A stretch of DNA of 64,000 nucleotides from an uncultured bacterium (lineage in GTDB: Bacteria; Planctomycetota; UBA1135; GCA-002686595). The notes beneath the pieces are model-generated. The model was not told the origin of the DNA. It was given only the letters and a program-made list of their open reading frames with translations, and did not search any database. Positions 51,586-63,499 of the stretch are shown piece by piece; the first letter of the stretch is position 1, and the number at the start of each line of letters is the position of its first letter. The stretch is taken from contig CALSNU010000001.1 of the NCBI GenBank assembly GCA_943787795.1, positions 64,001 to 128,000 on the forward strand, in the 5' to 3' direction. A program made the translations under genes and the position numbers.

Positions 51586-53036
51586 AGCACCCCCGCGCCG
51601 CAGAACGACTCGTCCTCCTCGCGGCGCCGCTCCTCGGGCTCACCCTCGCCTGCGGCGGCGAGGTGTGCGTCGATCGCCCCAACGTCGTCCTGATCTCCAT
51701 CGATACCCTGCGCCCTGACCACCTCGGGTGCTACGGCTACGCGCGGCCCACCTCGCCCAACATCGACGCCATCGCCGCCGAGGGTGCGCTCTTCGAGCAG
51801 CACATCAGCAGCGCTCCCTGGACCCTGCCCGCGCACGCGGCGATGTTCACCTCCGTCCCCGACAGCGTGCACGGCGTCGTTGACGCGGTGAAGTTCCGCC
51901 TGTCGGAGGAGTTCGAGACGCTGCCCGAGTCATTCCAGTCCGCGGGCTACTCGACCGCCGGCTTCTTCGCCGGCCCGTACCTCCACCCCGCCTTCGGCCT
52001 CGGCCAGGGATTCGATCGCTACGTGGACTGTGTCGAGACGGTGCCCGATGGCCAGGTCGACGCCGACAACGAGTGGTCCATGCGCGACCCGGTCCTGCGA
52101 GCCTCCCACCACGGTGTGACCAACGACAAGGTCTATGCGGAGTGGCAGCGCTTCTTTGGAGAGGCCTCCGAAGGGTCCGAGCCGTTCTTCGCCTTCGTGC
52201 ACCTCTGGGACGTGCACTTCGACTTCACGCCGCCAGCGCCCTACGACACGCTCTTTGACCCCGACTACGAGGGGCCGTATACCGGGCGAGACTTCTTCTA
52301 TGACCCCGCCATCAACGCGGCGATTCCGGCGCGAGACAAGGAGCACATCATCGCGCTGTACGACGGGGAGATCGCCTGGACCGACGAGATCGTCGGGCGC
52401 ATCCGCCACGACCTTGGCGCGGCGGGGCTCCTCGAGGACACGATCTTCGTGATCACCTCGGACCACGGCACCGAGCTCTTCGATCACGGTGGCAAGGGGC
52501 ACCGAACCACCCTCTACGACGAGCAGATTCACATCCCCCTCATCGTCCACTACCCGGGCGTTGTTAAGGCCGCACGCTTCGGCGGCCAGACGAGGATGAT
52601 TGATCTGGGCCCGACCCTGCGAGACCTCGCCGGTCTCCCGGCGGTCTCCACGACGATGGGCGCATCCCTGGGCCCGAGCCTGCGCGGAGAGACCTCCACC
52701 GCGCCGGATCGACCGGCGGTCTCCGAGCTGATGAGCGTGGGGCGTAACCTGCGGAGCCTGCGGACGGCAGAGGGGAAGTTCGTGGTCAACCACGACAACG
52801 GCGGCAGCGCCTGGTTCGACCTCGCGGAGGATCCCGGTGAGCTTCAGCCTCGCGGGCTCTCGGGCGACGGCGAGGGCGGCGGCGCTGCGCTGAAGCGCCT
52901 CTACGACGAGGCGGCTGAGGAGATCATCTCAGGGTTGGAGCGAGCACCTGCCGGGGCCGCGGCGGCCGACGTCCCGGCCAGCATTCAGCGCTCTCTTGCA
53001 GCCAATGGATACGCCGGGGGCGACGGCGACGAGTAG
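51582..53036 (+). CDS. Sulfatase-like lipoprotein
   Basis: ATGA overlap; LTLAC lipobox; PNVVLISIDTLRPD, PWTLPAHAAMFT, YDGEI, TSDHG, HRTTLY, IPLI. Confidence 0.92.
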   Translation: MKHPRAAERLVLLAAPLLGLTLACGGEVCVDRPNVVLISIDTLRPDHLGCYGYARPTSPNIDAIAAEGALFEQHISSAPWTLPAHAAMFTSVPDSVHGVVDAVKFRLSEEFETLPESFQSAGYSTAGFFAGPYLHPAFGLGQGFDRYVDCVETVPDGQVDADNEWSMRDPVLRASHHGVTNDKVYAEWQRFFGEASEGSEPFFAFVHLWDVHFDFTPPAPYDTLFDPDYEGPYTGRDFFYDPAINAAIPARDKEHIIALYDGEIAWTDEIVGRIRHDLGAAGLLEDTIFVITSDHGTELFDHGGKGHRTTLYDEQIHIPLIVHYPGVVKAARFGGQTRMIDLGPTLRDLAGLPAVSTTMGASLGPSLRGETSTAPDRPAVSELMSVGRNLRSLRTAEGKFVVNHDNGGSAWFDLAEDPGELQPRGLSGDGEGGGAALKRLYDEAAEEIISGLERAPAGAAAADVPASIQRSLAANGYAGGDGDE

Positions 53037-53073
53037 GCGTCACCCCGGAGACGGCATCGGCGCACCCGGAATG

Positions 53074-53114
53074 CGAGCGGCCCCGGAGATCCATGGGAAC
53101 TCCGGGGCCGCTCG
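53074..53114. terminator. 15-bp-stem hairpin between convergent genes
   Basis: cgagcggccccggag ... ctccggggccgctcg. Confidence 0.7.
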
Positions 53115-53162
53115 TCATGAAGTGCCGGCGAGGAGCGGGCTCCTCTCAGGCACGCCTGGGGA

Positions 53163-54365
53163 TCAGTTGAAGGTGATCTCGAGGCCGTCCGTGAAGTTGG
53201 ACGTGGTGGTGCCGGCGACGGCGTCGCGGTGCCAGGTGGTGAAGTTCCAGGTGTCGCCCGGCTGCACCGCGACCGTGCCCGTGGGCTGCGGCGTGTTGGT
53301 GAGGTCGAGGGCGAGCGAGAAGGCGCCCGTGGAGCCCGAGTTCAGGACCTGCCCGGGGCCGACGTAACGGCCAATGGCGCCGCCAAGGCACAGGTTGCCG
53401 GCGCTGCCGCCGGGGTTCGCGACCTGGGACTGGGTCTGGCTGGCGAGGAAGAAGCCGAACGAGTTCGTCGGAAGATCACCGGCGGTCAGCGTCAGGTCGT
53501 TGAGGCCAGCCTGGTCCGAGCCCGTGGCGGAGATGCTGCCGGTCGCGCCCGTGGAGTTCGGGTTGGCCGAGCAGTAGTTGATCCCGAGGCCGCCCGTCGG
53601 CGTGCCCTTCGCCACCACGATGTTGTCCCAGAAGTACAGGTCACCGTTGTTACCGCCGCTCGAGAGGCGAATCTCGTCGAAGTCGCCACCCGTGACCATC
53701 TCGTCGAGGTCAGCGGTGCCCGTGGGGTAGTCAACCTGGGGGTCAACCCACATGCGGCAACGGTTCTGGCCGGCCATGTAGTCCATGCGGACCACGAGGC
53801 GGGCAGCGACTTGATCGTTGGATCCCGGGACGATGGAGGCCGGGGCAGAGCCAGCGAGGTCGCCCTCGTCATCGATACCCCAACCCTGGGAGTTCCAGGG
53901 GGAGCCGAGGAAGAGAGACTCGGCCGGGTTCTGACCGGCCCGCCAAAGCGAGAGGCCGCCGTAGTGATCCTGGGGCTGGCCCTGGAAGTTGACGGTGCTG
54001 AAGGAGATCCAGATGGTCTCACCGTCGGCTCCCCAGCGACCGGTGATGGGGTCGATGAGCTCGGGGTGAGCAGAGAGATCGAACTGGCGATAGGCCGCGC
54101 CGAAGACGCCCGTCTGACCGGCGTAGCCGCCGAGGTTGTCCGCACCAGCGAAGGGGGGCTGGATGGACTGGTCGAACATGACCAGCTCGTCGTTGGCAGC
54201 GCCGCTGACCCACCAGGCGTTGGACCATCCTGTCCCGCCTGCCTGCTGGTAGAGCAGGCCAGGGACCGGGTACTCGAAGGAGTCCGAGGCCACGGGGGTG
54301 ATCTGAGCCGAGGCGGTCGCGCTGAGCCCGAGGGCCGCGATCGTGAGCGAGAGGGAACGAAGCAT
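53163..54365 (-). CDS. Secreted protein of unknown function with shared C-terminal domain
   Basis: Signal MLRSLSLTIAALGLSATASAQ; DSFEY...GGTGW..AW; ARLVVRMDY..MWVDP; C-terminal NYC..NSTG...WHRD...SNFTDGLEITFN. Confidence 0.85.
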   Translation of the reverse strand: MLRSLSLTIAALGLSATASAQITPVASDSFEYPVPGLLYQQAGGTGWSNAWWVSGAANDELVMFDQSIQPPFAGADNLGGYAGQTGVFGAAYRQFDLSAHPELIDPITGRWGADGETIWISFSTVNFQGQPQDHYGGLSLWRAGQNPAESLFLGSPWNSQGWGIDDEGDLAGSAPASIVPGSNDQVAARLVVRMDYMAGQNRCRMWVDPQVDYPTGTADLDEMVTGGDFDEIRLSSGGNNGDLYFWDNIVVAKGTPTGGLGINYCSANPNSTGATGSISATGSDQAGLNDLTLTAGDLPTNSFGFFLASQTQSQVANPGGSAGNLCLGGAIGRYVGPGQVLNSGSTGAFSLALDLTNTPQPTGTVAVQPGDTWNFTTWHRDAVAGTTTSNFTDGLEITFN

Positions 54366-54575
54366 GGGAGTGGGGAAGGAAGTGAGAGAGGTTGCTAGGT
54401 GAGGTCGAGCACTTGTCCTGCCCATCCTCCTCTCCATGATGAATGGCGAATCAGGCTCCGGGCACGAGGACCTAGCCCTTCCTTTGGGGTGTGACAAAGA
54501 GTCCCGTTAGCACCCCCGCTGACCGCCAAGGAAGTGATTCAAAACGAACCACTCTCCCGAGCCAGGAGCTCTGCT

Positions 54576-55168
54576 TCAGGGGTGCTGCAGGGCCCGTCCG
54601 AAGCGACTCACAATGCCGTGGGTCATGCCCCAGATCGTGTGTCCCTCGAAGCGCCAGGAGGGGAGTTTGTGGATCACCTCGCCGTGCTCGTAGCGAAATG
54701 GCTCGTCAAAGACGCCCGAGATCGCGGGCGCGAGGGGGAGCCAGAAGGCCTCCGAGGCCTCCGGCCCGAGCACCGGAGTCGAGGGCGCAGGGTGGTGGAA
54801 CACGAACGGTGTGATGAAGAGGTCGAGGCGCTCGCCGCGCGCGCGCGCCTGCACCGCCGGGAGGCGGCCGAGCATCCGTCCGCCGGTGGCGCCTGGGTCC
54901 ACGCCGACCTCCTCGATAGACTCTCGCCGGGCCGTGGCTTCAAGGGTCTCGTCCGAGTGCTCCTCGTGGCCGCCAGGGAGTCCGATTTGACCGGACCATC
55001 GATCTCCCGCTCGGACCGCGCGCCGCATGAGCAGCACCTCAAGCTCAGCCGTCGATCCGCCGCGCAAGAGCAGGGCGACGGCGGCCCGGCGCGCGCCGTC
55101 AGCGGCGGCGTCCTCGGCCTCGACGAGTCGAGAGACGGCCGCCTGCACCTCGCCGATGAGGAGGTCGC

Positions 55169-55172
<4 letters not shown>
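54576..55172 (-). CDS. Nudix hydrolase, CoA pyrophosphatase (NudL-like)
   Basis: AAVALLL, WSGQIGLPGG, TARRESIEEVG, ITPFV, IWGMT; ATGA overlap with the ABC gene. Confidence 0.92.
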
Positions 55173-56962
<1,790 letters not shown>

Positions 56963-57029
56963 GGGGCGCGCAGAGGATAGCCGCCGCCATGCCGCTCTGC
57001 CCGAGCAATGGGCTACGCTCGCCGCCGTC

Positions 57030-57443
57030 ATGAACGCCGAGACGCTGACTCACGCCGGGGGGATCGTGCTGCGCGGAGCCCGCGGCGCTCGTGAGGTCCT
57101 GCTGGTCCGCCCACTCGCTCGACCAGAGGCCCCCTGGGTGCTGCCGAAGGGCCACATCGAGCCCGGGGAGGACGCGGAGGCGGCGGCGTTGCGTGAGGTT
57201 CGGGAGGAGTCAGGCGTTCAGGGGTTCGCTCCACGCTGGGCGGGCCGGGTCAAGTTTGAGGTCCATGGGGTCGGGGTGAAGTGCGGCTTCTACGCCATGG
57301 AGTGCGGAGCGGTGGAGGTCGCGGAGGAGCCTCGCGACCGGGTGTGGGTCCCAGCCGGCGGCGTCGCGGCGGCGCTCCCGTTCCCTGAGACCGTCGCGCT
57401 GATCGAGGCGGTGCTCGCGGAGGATCAGGGCCCGCCGGCCTGA
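57030..57443 (+). CDS. Nudix hydrolase (Ap4A hydrolase-like)
   Basis: HAGGIV, WVLPKGHIEPGEDAEAAALREVREESG. Confidence 0.9.
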   Translation: MNAETLTHAGGIVLRGARGAREVLLVRPLARPEAPWVLPKGHIEPGEDAEAAALREVREESGVQGFAPRWAGRVKFEVHGVGVKCGFYAMECGAVEVAEEPRDRVWVPAGGVAAALPFPETVALIEAVLAEDQGPPA

Positions 57444-57497
57444 GTGGGGCGGCGCCGCTGATCGCTTGCTGGCCGCACGCGGTTACGCTCGGTGGTG

Positions 57498-59231
57498 ATG
57501 CAGAACCTCTCCGGCTCCCTCCCGCCCGTGCCGCCCGGACACGCGCCGACCTCTGCGGCTGAGCAGGACGCGGCGATCGCGACGCTCCGCGCGGCATCAG
57601 AGCGCTGGCGCGCCGCGACGCTGGCCGAGCAGGTCGAGCTGCTTGAGGCCCTCATCCCCACGGTCATGGCGGCCTCCGAGGGGTGGGTGGCGGCGGGCTG
57701 CGCGTTGAAGGGGGTCCAGCGCGGCGCTCACGCCGAGACGGAGGAGTGGCTCGGCGGCCCCTACACGGTGCTGCGTGGCGTCCGTCAGCTGGTTCGATCC
57801 CTCAAGGACCTGGCGGATCGCGGCGCGCCGCAGCTCCCGGGCGTGGCGAAGGCTCTCCCGAATGGACAGGTGGCCGCGCCGGTGTTCCCCGCCGACCCCC
57901 TGGACCGGATCCTCCTCCGCGGGATCACGGCGGAGGTCTGGCTGGATCCGGAGGTCACGCTCGACGGCGTCCCGGAGAGCATGGCTGGAGGCCAGCGCCC
58001 GGCGTCGCGTCGAGCGAGGGTCGCCCTCGTCCTCGGGGCTGGGAACGTCACCTCCATCGGGCCCATGGACGTGCTGCACAAGCTCTTCTCCGAGGGTGAG
58101 TGCGTGGTCCTGAAGCTGAACCCCGTGAACGAGGCGGTCGGTCCGGCCCTGACAGAGGCCCTTCGCCCGCTGATCGACGCCGACGTCCTGCGCATCATGT
58201 ACGGCGGCGCCGAGGTCGGCGACCGGCTCTGTCAGCACGATGGGATCGACTCCATCCACGTCACGGGCTCGCTCTCGACCCACGACCGAGTGGTCTGGGG
58301 GGAGGGCACCGAGGCCGCCGACCGCAAGCGCGCCGGGACGCCACGGAATACACGACCCGTGACGAGCGAGCTTGGGAATGTCAGCCCGGTGATCGTGATT
58401 CCCGGGCCCTGGTCCAAGGGGGACCTGCGGTATCACGGGGAGAACCTCGCCAGCTCGTTGACCACCAACGCGGGCTTCAACTGCAACGCGACACGCGTGA
58501 TGCTGACCCACGCGGGATGGTCCCAGCGGGATGACCTGCTGGCGGCGGTTCGTGAGGCGCTGGGGGACACCGAGGTGCGGCCGGCCTACTACCCCGGCCA
58601 GCAGGCGCAGCGCGACGCCTTCCTCGTCGCGCACCCCGACGCCACGCGGGTGGGCGAGGGTGAGGCGCCCTGGCTCCTTGCGGAGGGTCTCGACCCCTCC
58701 GAGCGTCTCGACCCCTGCTTTCAGCACGAGTTCTGGTGCGGGGCGATGGGCGAGGCTCCGCTGCCGGCGGAGGACACGGCGGAGTTCATCCGTAAGGCCG
58801 TGCGCCTCGCGAACGAGGTCATCTCTGGGAGCCTCAACGTGACCGTGCTCGTCCATCCACTGTCCATGAGGGACCCGGTCATCGGGCGGGCGGTGGAGCG
58901 CGCGATCAGCGACCTGCGCTTCGGGACCGTGGCGGTGAATCTCTGGGCGGCGGCGTCCTTCCCCCTCGGCTCGACCACCTGGGGTGCGTTCCCCGGGGGC
59001 TCGCTCGACGACGCGGGGAGCGGCATCGGGACGGTCCACAACACGTTCCTCTTCGATCGGCCGCAGAAGACCGTCCTGCGGGCGCCCTTCAGGGTCTTCC
59101 CGCGCCCCGCGTGGTTCACGCGGAATTCATCGGGACCTGCGGTCGGGCGCCACCTCACGTCGCTGACGGCGAGGCCGACCCTCGGACGTCTCCTCCGCGT
59201 GCTCCTCGCAGCGGTCGGCCTCGGACGCTGA
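57498..59231 (+). CDS. Aldehyde dehydrogenase family protein
   Basis: LVLGAGN, LKLNPVN, IHVTGS, SELGNVSP, NAGFNC, GTVAVN. Confidence 0.9.
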   Translation: MQNLSGSLPPVPPGHAPTSAAEQDAAIATLRAASERWRAATLAEQVELLEALIPTVMAASEGWVAAGCALKGVQRGAHAETEEWLGGPYTVLRGVRQLVRSLKDLADRGAPQLPGVAKALPNGQVAAPVFPADPLDRILLRGITAEVWLDPEVTLDGVPESMAGGQRPASRRARVALVLGAGNVTSIGPMDVLHKLFSEGECVVLKLNPVNEAVGPALTEALRPLIDADVLRIMYGGAEVGDRLCQHDGIDSIHVTGSLSTHDRVVWGEGTEAADRKRAGTPRNTRPVTSELGNVSPVIVIPGPWSKGDLRYHGENLASSLTTNAGFNCNATRVMLTHAGWSQRDDLLAAVREALGDTEVRPAYYPGQQAQRDAFLVAHPDATRVGEGEAPWLLAEGLDPSERLDPCFQHEFWCGAMGEAPLPAEDTAEFIRKAVRLANEVISGSLNVTVLVHPLSMRDPVIGRAVERAISDLRFGTVAVNLWAAASFPLGSTTWGAFPGGSLDDAGSGIGTVHNTFLFDRPQKTVLRAPFRVFPRPAWFTRNSSGPAVGRHLTSLTARPTLGRLLRVLLAAVGLGR

Positions 59232-59287
59232 TCCGCCCTCCGCTCACGGGCCGGGCCGTGCACCAGCGCGGACCTCCCAGGGCGCTC

Positions 59288-59372
59288 GCACCTCGGCTTC
59301 GCGGGCACCTCAGTTTCGGGCGCGCCTCGGGTCTGGGCGCAACTCGGGTCTGGGCGCACCTCGGGTCTGGGC
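59288..59372. repeat. 17-bp tandem repeat x5, intergenic
   Basis: gcacctcggcttcgcgg gcacctcagtttcgggc gcgcctcgggtctgggc gcaactcgggtctgggc gcacctcgggtctgggc. Confidence 0.88.
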
Positions 59373-59497
59373 GCGCCGGCACGGCCGCCCCGTCGACGGT
59401 GATCCCTCGGCGCTCGGTCAAGCTCCCGAACGTGCCAGCCGGGGGCGCGATTCCGCCCGCCGATCCCCGCGGCGGAGGACCGGCGAGGCGAGCGCGC

Positions 59498-59776
59498 TCA
59501 CGAGCGGCTGGTGACCTCGAGGAGGTGGTAGCCGAACTGGGTCTTGACCGGACCGTGGACCTCACCGACGGCCTCGTTGAAGACGACCGTGTCGAACTCC
59601 TTGACCATCTGGCCCGGGCCGAACTCGCCGAGGTTGCCGCCGCTCTTGCCCGAGGGGCAGGAGGAGTGCTGCTTCGCGAGGTCCTCGAAGGCGGCGCCGC
59701 CGGCGATCTCCTCCTTCAGCTTGAGGCACTTCTCTTCCGTGTCGACGAGGATGTGGCGTGCGGATGCGCGGGCCAT
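59498..59776 (-). CDS. ppiC: Parvulin peptidyl-prolyl isomerase
   Basis: ASARHILV, F..LAK.HS.CPSGK.GG.LG.F..GQMV.EFD, GPVKTQFGYH; 92 aa. Confidence 0.97.
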   Translation of the reverse strand: MARASARHILVDTEEKCLKLKEEIAGGAAFEDLAKQHSSCPSGKSGGNLGEFGPGQMVKEFDTVVFNEAVGEVHGPVKTQFGYHLLEVTSRS

Positions 59777-59911
59777 GGTGTTGCTCCTTGTTGGTTGGGG
59801 TCCCTGAAAAACGAGCGAGGAGCATAGCGCCTCAAGCCCCAGGGGGGCGTTGTCATACGGAGGGTCGACCTCGGGGCGACGGAGGGGGGGGCGGCTCGCT
59901 ACCGTGAGGCC

Positions 59912-60139
59912 ATGGCCCTGCGACATCTGCTCCTCCTGATCTACCTCACGGTCGCGGTGTTGAGCCTGACCGGACTCCTCTTCCGCGACCTCGCCACGGC
60001 GGACGGGCTGGTCCTTGGGTTGCCGATGGGCCTGGCCTGGGTCACCGGCTGGGCTGCGCTGACGCCGTTCGTGATGTGGGCGTACATGAGGACGGAGCCA
60101 GAGGACGCGAACGCTGCGGACGGCGGGGGAGAGTCGTGA
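59912..60139 (+). CDS. Small two-TM membrane protein (DUF3311-like partner of SSS symporter)
   Basis: 75 aa, VLGLP..LAWV..W motif, GTGA overlap with the symporter. Confidence 0.8.
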   Translation: MALRHLLLLIYLTVAVLSLTGLLFRDLATADGLVLGLPMGLAWVTGWAALTPFVMWAYMRTEPEDANAADGGGES

Positions 60140-61560
60140 GCGCCGAGGCCCAGATCCTGCTGGTGGTCGGCGCCTACCTGGCGCTCAACCTCTTCGTGGG
60201 CTGGCGCGCGGCCCGGTCGGCGAGTGACAGCGCCACAGGGTTCGTCGCGGGCGACCGCTCCATGGGTCCCGTGCTCATGTACTTCGTCACCGGCGCCACC
60301 ATCTTCAGCGCCTTCGCGTTCCTCGGGGCGCCTGGCCGCGCCTTCTCCACCGGCGCGGCGGCGTTCCACATCCTCGCCTTCGGCGTGCTGGGCTTCCTGC
60401 CCTTCTACTGGACCGGACCGGCGGCCGCGCGGCTCGGGCGGCGCAAGGGCTACATCACCCAGGCGGAGCTGGTGGCCGGAGAGCTGGGCTTCCGTCCGCT
60501 CGCGCCTGTCATGGCGGTGGTCAGCCTGCTGGCCTTCGTGCCCTACCTCGCGCTCCAGATGCGCGGCGCGGGGCACGTGCTCGAGGTCCTCACCTCTGGG
60601 GCCATGTCCGTGGAGGTCGGCGCCGCGGTGGTCTACGGCGTGGTGCTCCTCTACGTGTGGCACAGCGGCGTCATGGGGGTCGGCTGGACCAACACCCTCC
60701 AGGGCCTCTTCATGATGATCATGGCCTGGTCGCTCGGGCTGTACTTGCCGCGCGCCCTGCACGGCAGCGTGGGGGAGATGTTTCGGGCGATCGACCCCGA
60801 GTTCCTCCGGCTCCCCGGGGGCGCCGCGCAGGAGGGTGAGCGCTGGTCATGGCTCGGCTACGGCAGCTCGGTCTTCGTCATGGCCGCCGGCTTCTCCTTC
60901 TGGCCGCACCTCTTCCAGAAGGCCTTCGCGGCGCGCAGCGAGCGCGTGATCCGGCGCACGGTCGTGCTCTACCCCACCTTCCAGCTGTTCCTGCTGCCGA
61001 TCCTGCTCATCGGCTTCGCGGCCGTGGGCTTCGAGCCCGCGCCAGAGCAGGCGGACCAGGTGCTGCCGCATCTCCTGCTCCAGCTGGACCTCCCGGCGCT
61101 CCTGATCGGCCTCTTCTGTGCCGGCGCCCTCGCTGCCTCCATGTCCAGCGGCGACGCGATCCTGCACTCCGCCGCGTCCATCCTCGTCCGTGACGGTTGG
61201 ATCGTTGGTGCCAAGCGGTCCCTCAGCCCGGAGGCAGAGCGGCGCGCCGTGCGCTGGATGCTGCTCCCGATCCTGGTGATCTCCTACGTCACGGCGGTCT
61301 CGTTCCACGAGGACCTGGTCGGCCTGCTCTCCTACGCCTACGGCCCGATGGGACAGCTCGCGCCCCCGGTCCTCGCGGCGCTGTTCTGGAAGCGGGCTAC
61401 GGGGATCGCCGCGCTCCTCGGCCTGCTCCTCGGCTCGGCGGCCACGTTGGGCTGGCCTCACCTGATGCCGCCCTCTGACCTCCACCCCGGGCTCCCCGGC
61501 CTCGCCGTGAACGCGGCGGTGATCCTCGTCGTGTCGCTCATGACCTCCCGAAGGGCGTGA
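60136..61560 (+). CDS. Sodium:solute symporter family protein
   Basis: FVAGDRSMG, FSAFAFLG.PG, GVMGVGWTNTLQG, LAASMSSGD. Confidence 0.95.
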   Translation: MSAEAQILLVVGAYLALNLFVGWRAARSASDSATGFVAGDRSMGPVLMYFVTGATIFSAFAFLGAPGRAFSTGAAAFHILAFGVLGFLPFYWTGPAAARLGRRKGYITQAELVAGELGFRPLAPVMAVVSLLAFVPYLALQMRGAGHVLEVLTSGAMSVEVGAAVVYGVVLLYVWHSGVMGVGWTNTLQGLFMMIMAWSLGLYLPRALHGSVGEMFRAIDPEFLRLPGGAAQEGERWSWLGYGSSVFVMAAGFSFWPHLFQKAFAARSERVIRRTVVLYPTFQLFLLPILLIGFAAVGFEPAPEQADQVLPHLLLQLDLPALLIGLFCAGALAASMSSGDAILHSAASILVRDGWIVGAKRSLSPEAERRAVRWMLLPILVISYVTAVSFHEDLVGLLSYAYGPMGQLAPPVLAALFWKRATGIAALLGLLLGSAATLGWPHLMPPSDLHPGLPGLAVNAAVILVVSLMTSRRA

Positions 61561-61651
61561 TCCTCGCCGCGGAACGACCGCGGCCCGCCCCGAGTGACTC
61601 GGAACGGGCCGTGTGGGTCGATGGCTGCTACCGCCGGCGGCGGCGTTGGCC

Positions 61652-63268
61652 TCACTCGAAGACGATCTCGTAGCCGTCGGTGAAGTTCGACGTGACCGAG
61701 CCGCCAACGCTATCCCTGTGCCAGAGCTGGAAGTTCCAGGTCTCGCCCGGCTGAACGGAGACGGCGCCGGAGGGTTGGGGGACCTGGGTGTTGTCGATGA
61801 CCAGGGAGATCCGGCCCAGGGGGCCCGAGCTCTGGATCTGGCCGGGGCCGATGTAGCGGCCGATGGCGCCGCCGAGGCAGAAGTTGCCCTGGCTGCCGCC
61901 AGGGTTCTGGACGAAGCCCTGGGAGCGGCTCGTCAGGAAGAAGCCGAAGGCGTTGGTGGGGAGGCCGACCCCTTCGAGCATCAGGTCGTTGGCGGCGACG
62001 CTCGAGGAGCCTGTGGCTCCCAGGGCGGCGGCGACGCCTGTCGAGTTGACGGCCGCTGCGCAGTAGTTCGTGCCGATCTCCGGGAAGCCGTACACGCAGA
62101 CGGCGCCGTCGAAGGGCGTGTTGCCGACGGGGTATCCGGTCTCGGTGATCAGGGACTGAACGCCGTCCGTTGCCACGGCGAGACCGAAGCAGGCGCTCGC
62201 CTGAGGCGCCGAAGAGGCCAAGCGACCGACCAGCGCGCCGGTCGCGGCGTTGAACTCGAACGCCGCTCCTTGGAAGTTGGGTCCCGAGAAGGGGGCGCCG
62301 ACCACGGCGACCTCACCGGAGAGGGCGACGGCATTGCCGAACAAGGAGTCCTCGGAGGGGCTGGGTGCTGTGAGCTTGCGGAGCTGCTGCGCGGTCGAGA
62401 CCTCGAAGACGTAAGCGGAGCCAGCCCTGGCGACGCCGTTGAACGAATCAGCCGGCGCTCCGATGACGGCGCGGTCACCGCTCAGGGAGACCACCTCGCC
62501 GAATCGATCACCGGGCTGCCGGTCGAGCGCCGTCAGCTTGCGCAGGAACGGGAAGCCCGGGGACGACAGGTCGTAGACGTAGACTGAACCTCGCTCACTG
62601 TCGTCGCCCGGTGCGCCGACCAGCATGAGGTTCCCCTCCACCGCGATGTCCGAGGCGAAGTTGTCATTGTCCTCCACGTCGAACGGCTGGAGGATCTCGA
62701 GCTCCTGCCGGGTCACCCGATCGAAGATGTGAACCGCGCCGCGGTCCCCTTCGAAGAAGGAGACGTCGATTCTCGGCGAGCCGATGAGGATGTAGTCCTT
62801 GTGGAGGGCGACCGCCTTCCCCTGATTATCGTTCGCGATGGGGACGGAGCCCGAGAGGAAGTCAATGATCTGCCCTGTGGCGGAGTCCATGAGCCAGGCG
62901 CCGCCGATGTCATCCGTGATGACGGTGGAGATCGGGTTGGTGTCGAGGTAAGGCGCGCCCACGATCGCCAGGTCGCCGTCGAGCGCCACGTCCCAGCCGT
63001 AATACACGATGTCGGAGGGATCGTTGGCGTTCGGGTTGGGCAGCTCCAGGAGCGGCGTCCCGGTCGCGGTGTCGATGATCCAGGTCGACCGATCGAGGTT
63101 CGAGATGATGGAGCGGCCGCCGTCGGTCGCGATGCTCCAGCCGAAGGTGTTTCCGAAGGGGTCGGGAGCCGGGTTGGCGATCCGATAGGACTCGGAGACG
63201 GTCTGGGCGGATCCGATCGAGCAGAGCGCAGCTGCGATGAGGAGGCGCCGGGTTATACGGAGGTTCAT
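61652..63268 (-). CDS. Secreted FG-GAP beta-propeller protein with shared C-terminal domain
   Basis: Signal peptide; repeats [54 protein letters not shown]-terminal NYC..NSTG...WHRD...[12 protein letters not shown]. Confidence 0.9.
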   Translation of the reverse strand: MNLRITRRLLIAAALCSIGSAQTVSESYRIANPAPDPFGNTFGWSIATDGGRSIISNLDRSTWIIDTATGTPLLELPNPNANDPSDIVYYGWDVALDGDLAIVGAPYLDTNPISTVITDDIGGAWLMDSATGQIIDFLSGSVPIANDNQGKAVALHKDYILIGSPRIDVSFFEGDRGAVHIFDRVTRQELEILQPFDVEDNDNFASDIAVEGNLMLVGAPGDDSERGSVYVYDLSSPGFPFLRKLTALDRQPGDRFGEVVSLSGDRAVIGAPADSFNGVARAGSAYVFEVSTAQQLRKLTAPSPSEDSLFGNAVALSGEVAVVGAPFSGPNFQGAAFEFNAATGALVGRLASSAPQASACFGLAVATDGVQSLITETGYPVGNTPFDGAVCVYGFPEIGTNYCAAAVNSTGVAAALGATGSSSVAANDLMLEGVGLPTNAFGFFLTSRSQGFVQNPGGSQGNFCLGGAIGRYIGPGQIQSSGPLGRISLVIDNTQVPQPSGAVSVQPGETWNFQLWHRDSVGGSVTSNFTDGYEIVFE

Positions 63269-63499
63269 GCCGGTGGGAAGTTGGTGAGCGAGCGAGGAGA
63301 CCGCGGTTTGGCCGCGTCATCACCAATAGGCGCTTCGCGCAGCGGGGTCACACTGGATGACAGCGGCTCTGAATATTCTCGCAAGCTGCGGCGTCGATCG
63401 ACCATCGGCATGGGATCGTTGCAGACCCAGGCCCCGAAACGAGAGGAGCGGGCTGATCGCCAGATCAGCCCGCTCCCCGCAATCACGGTCTGGCCCGGT

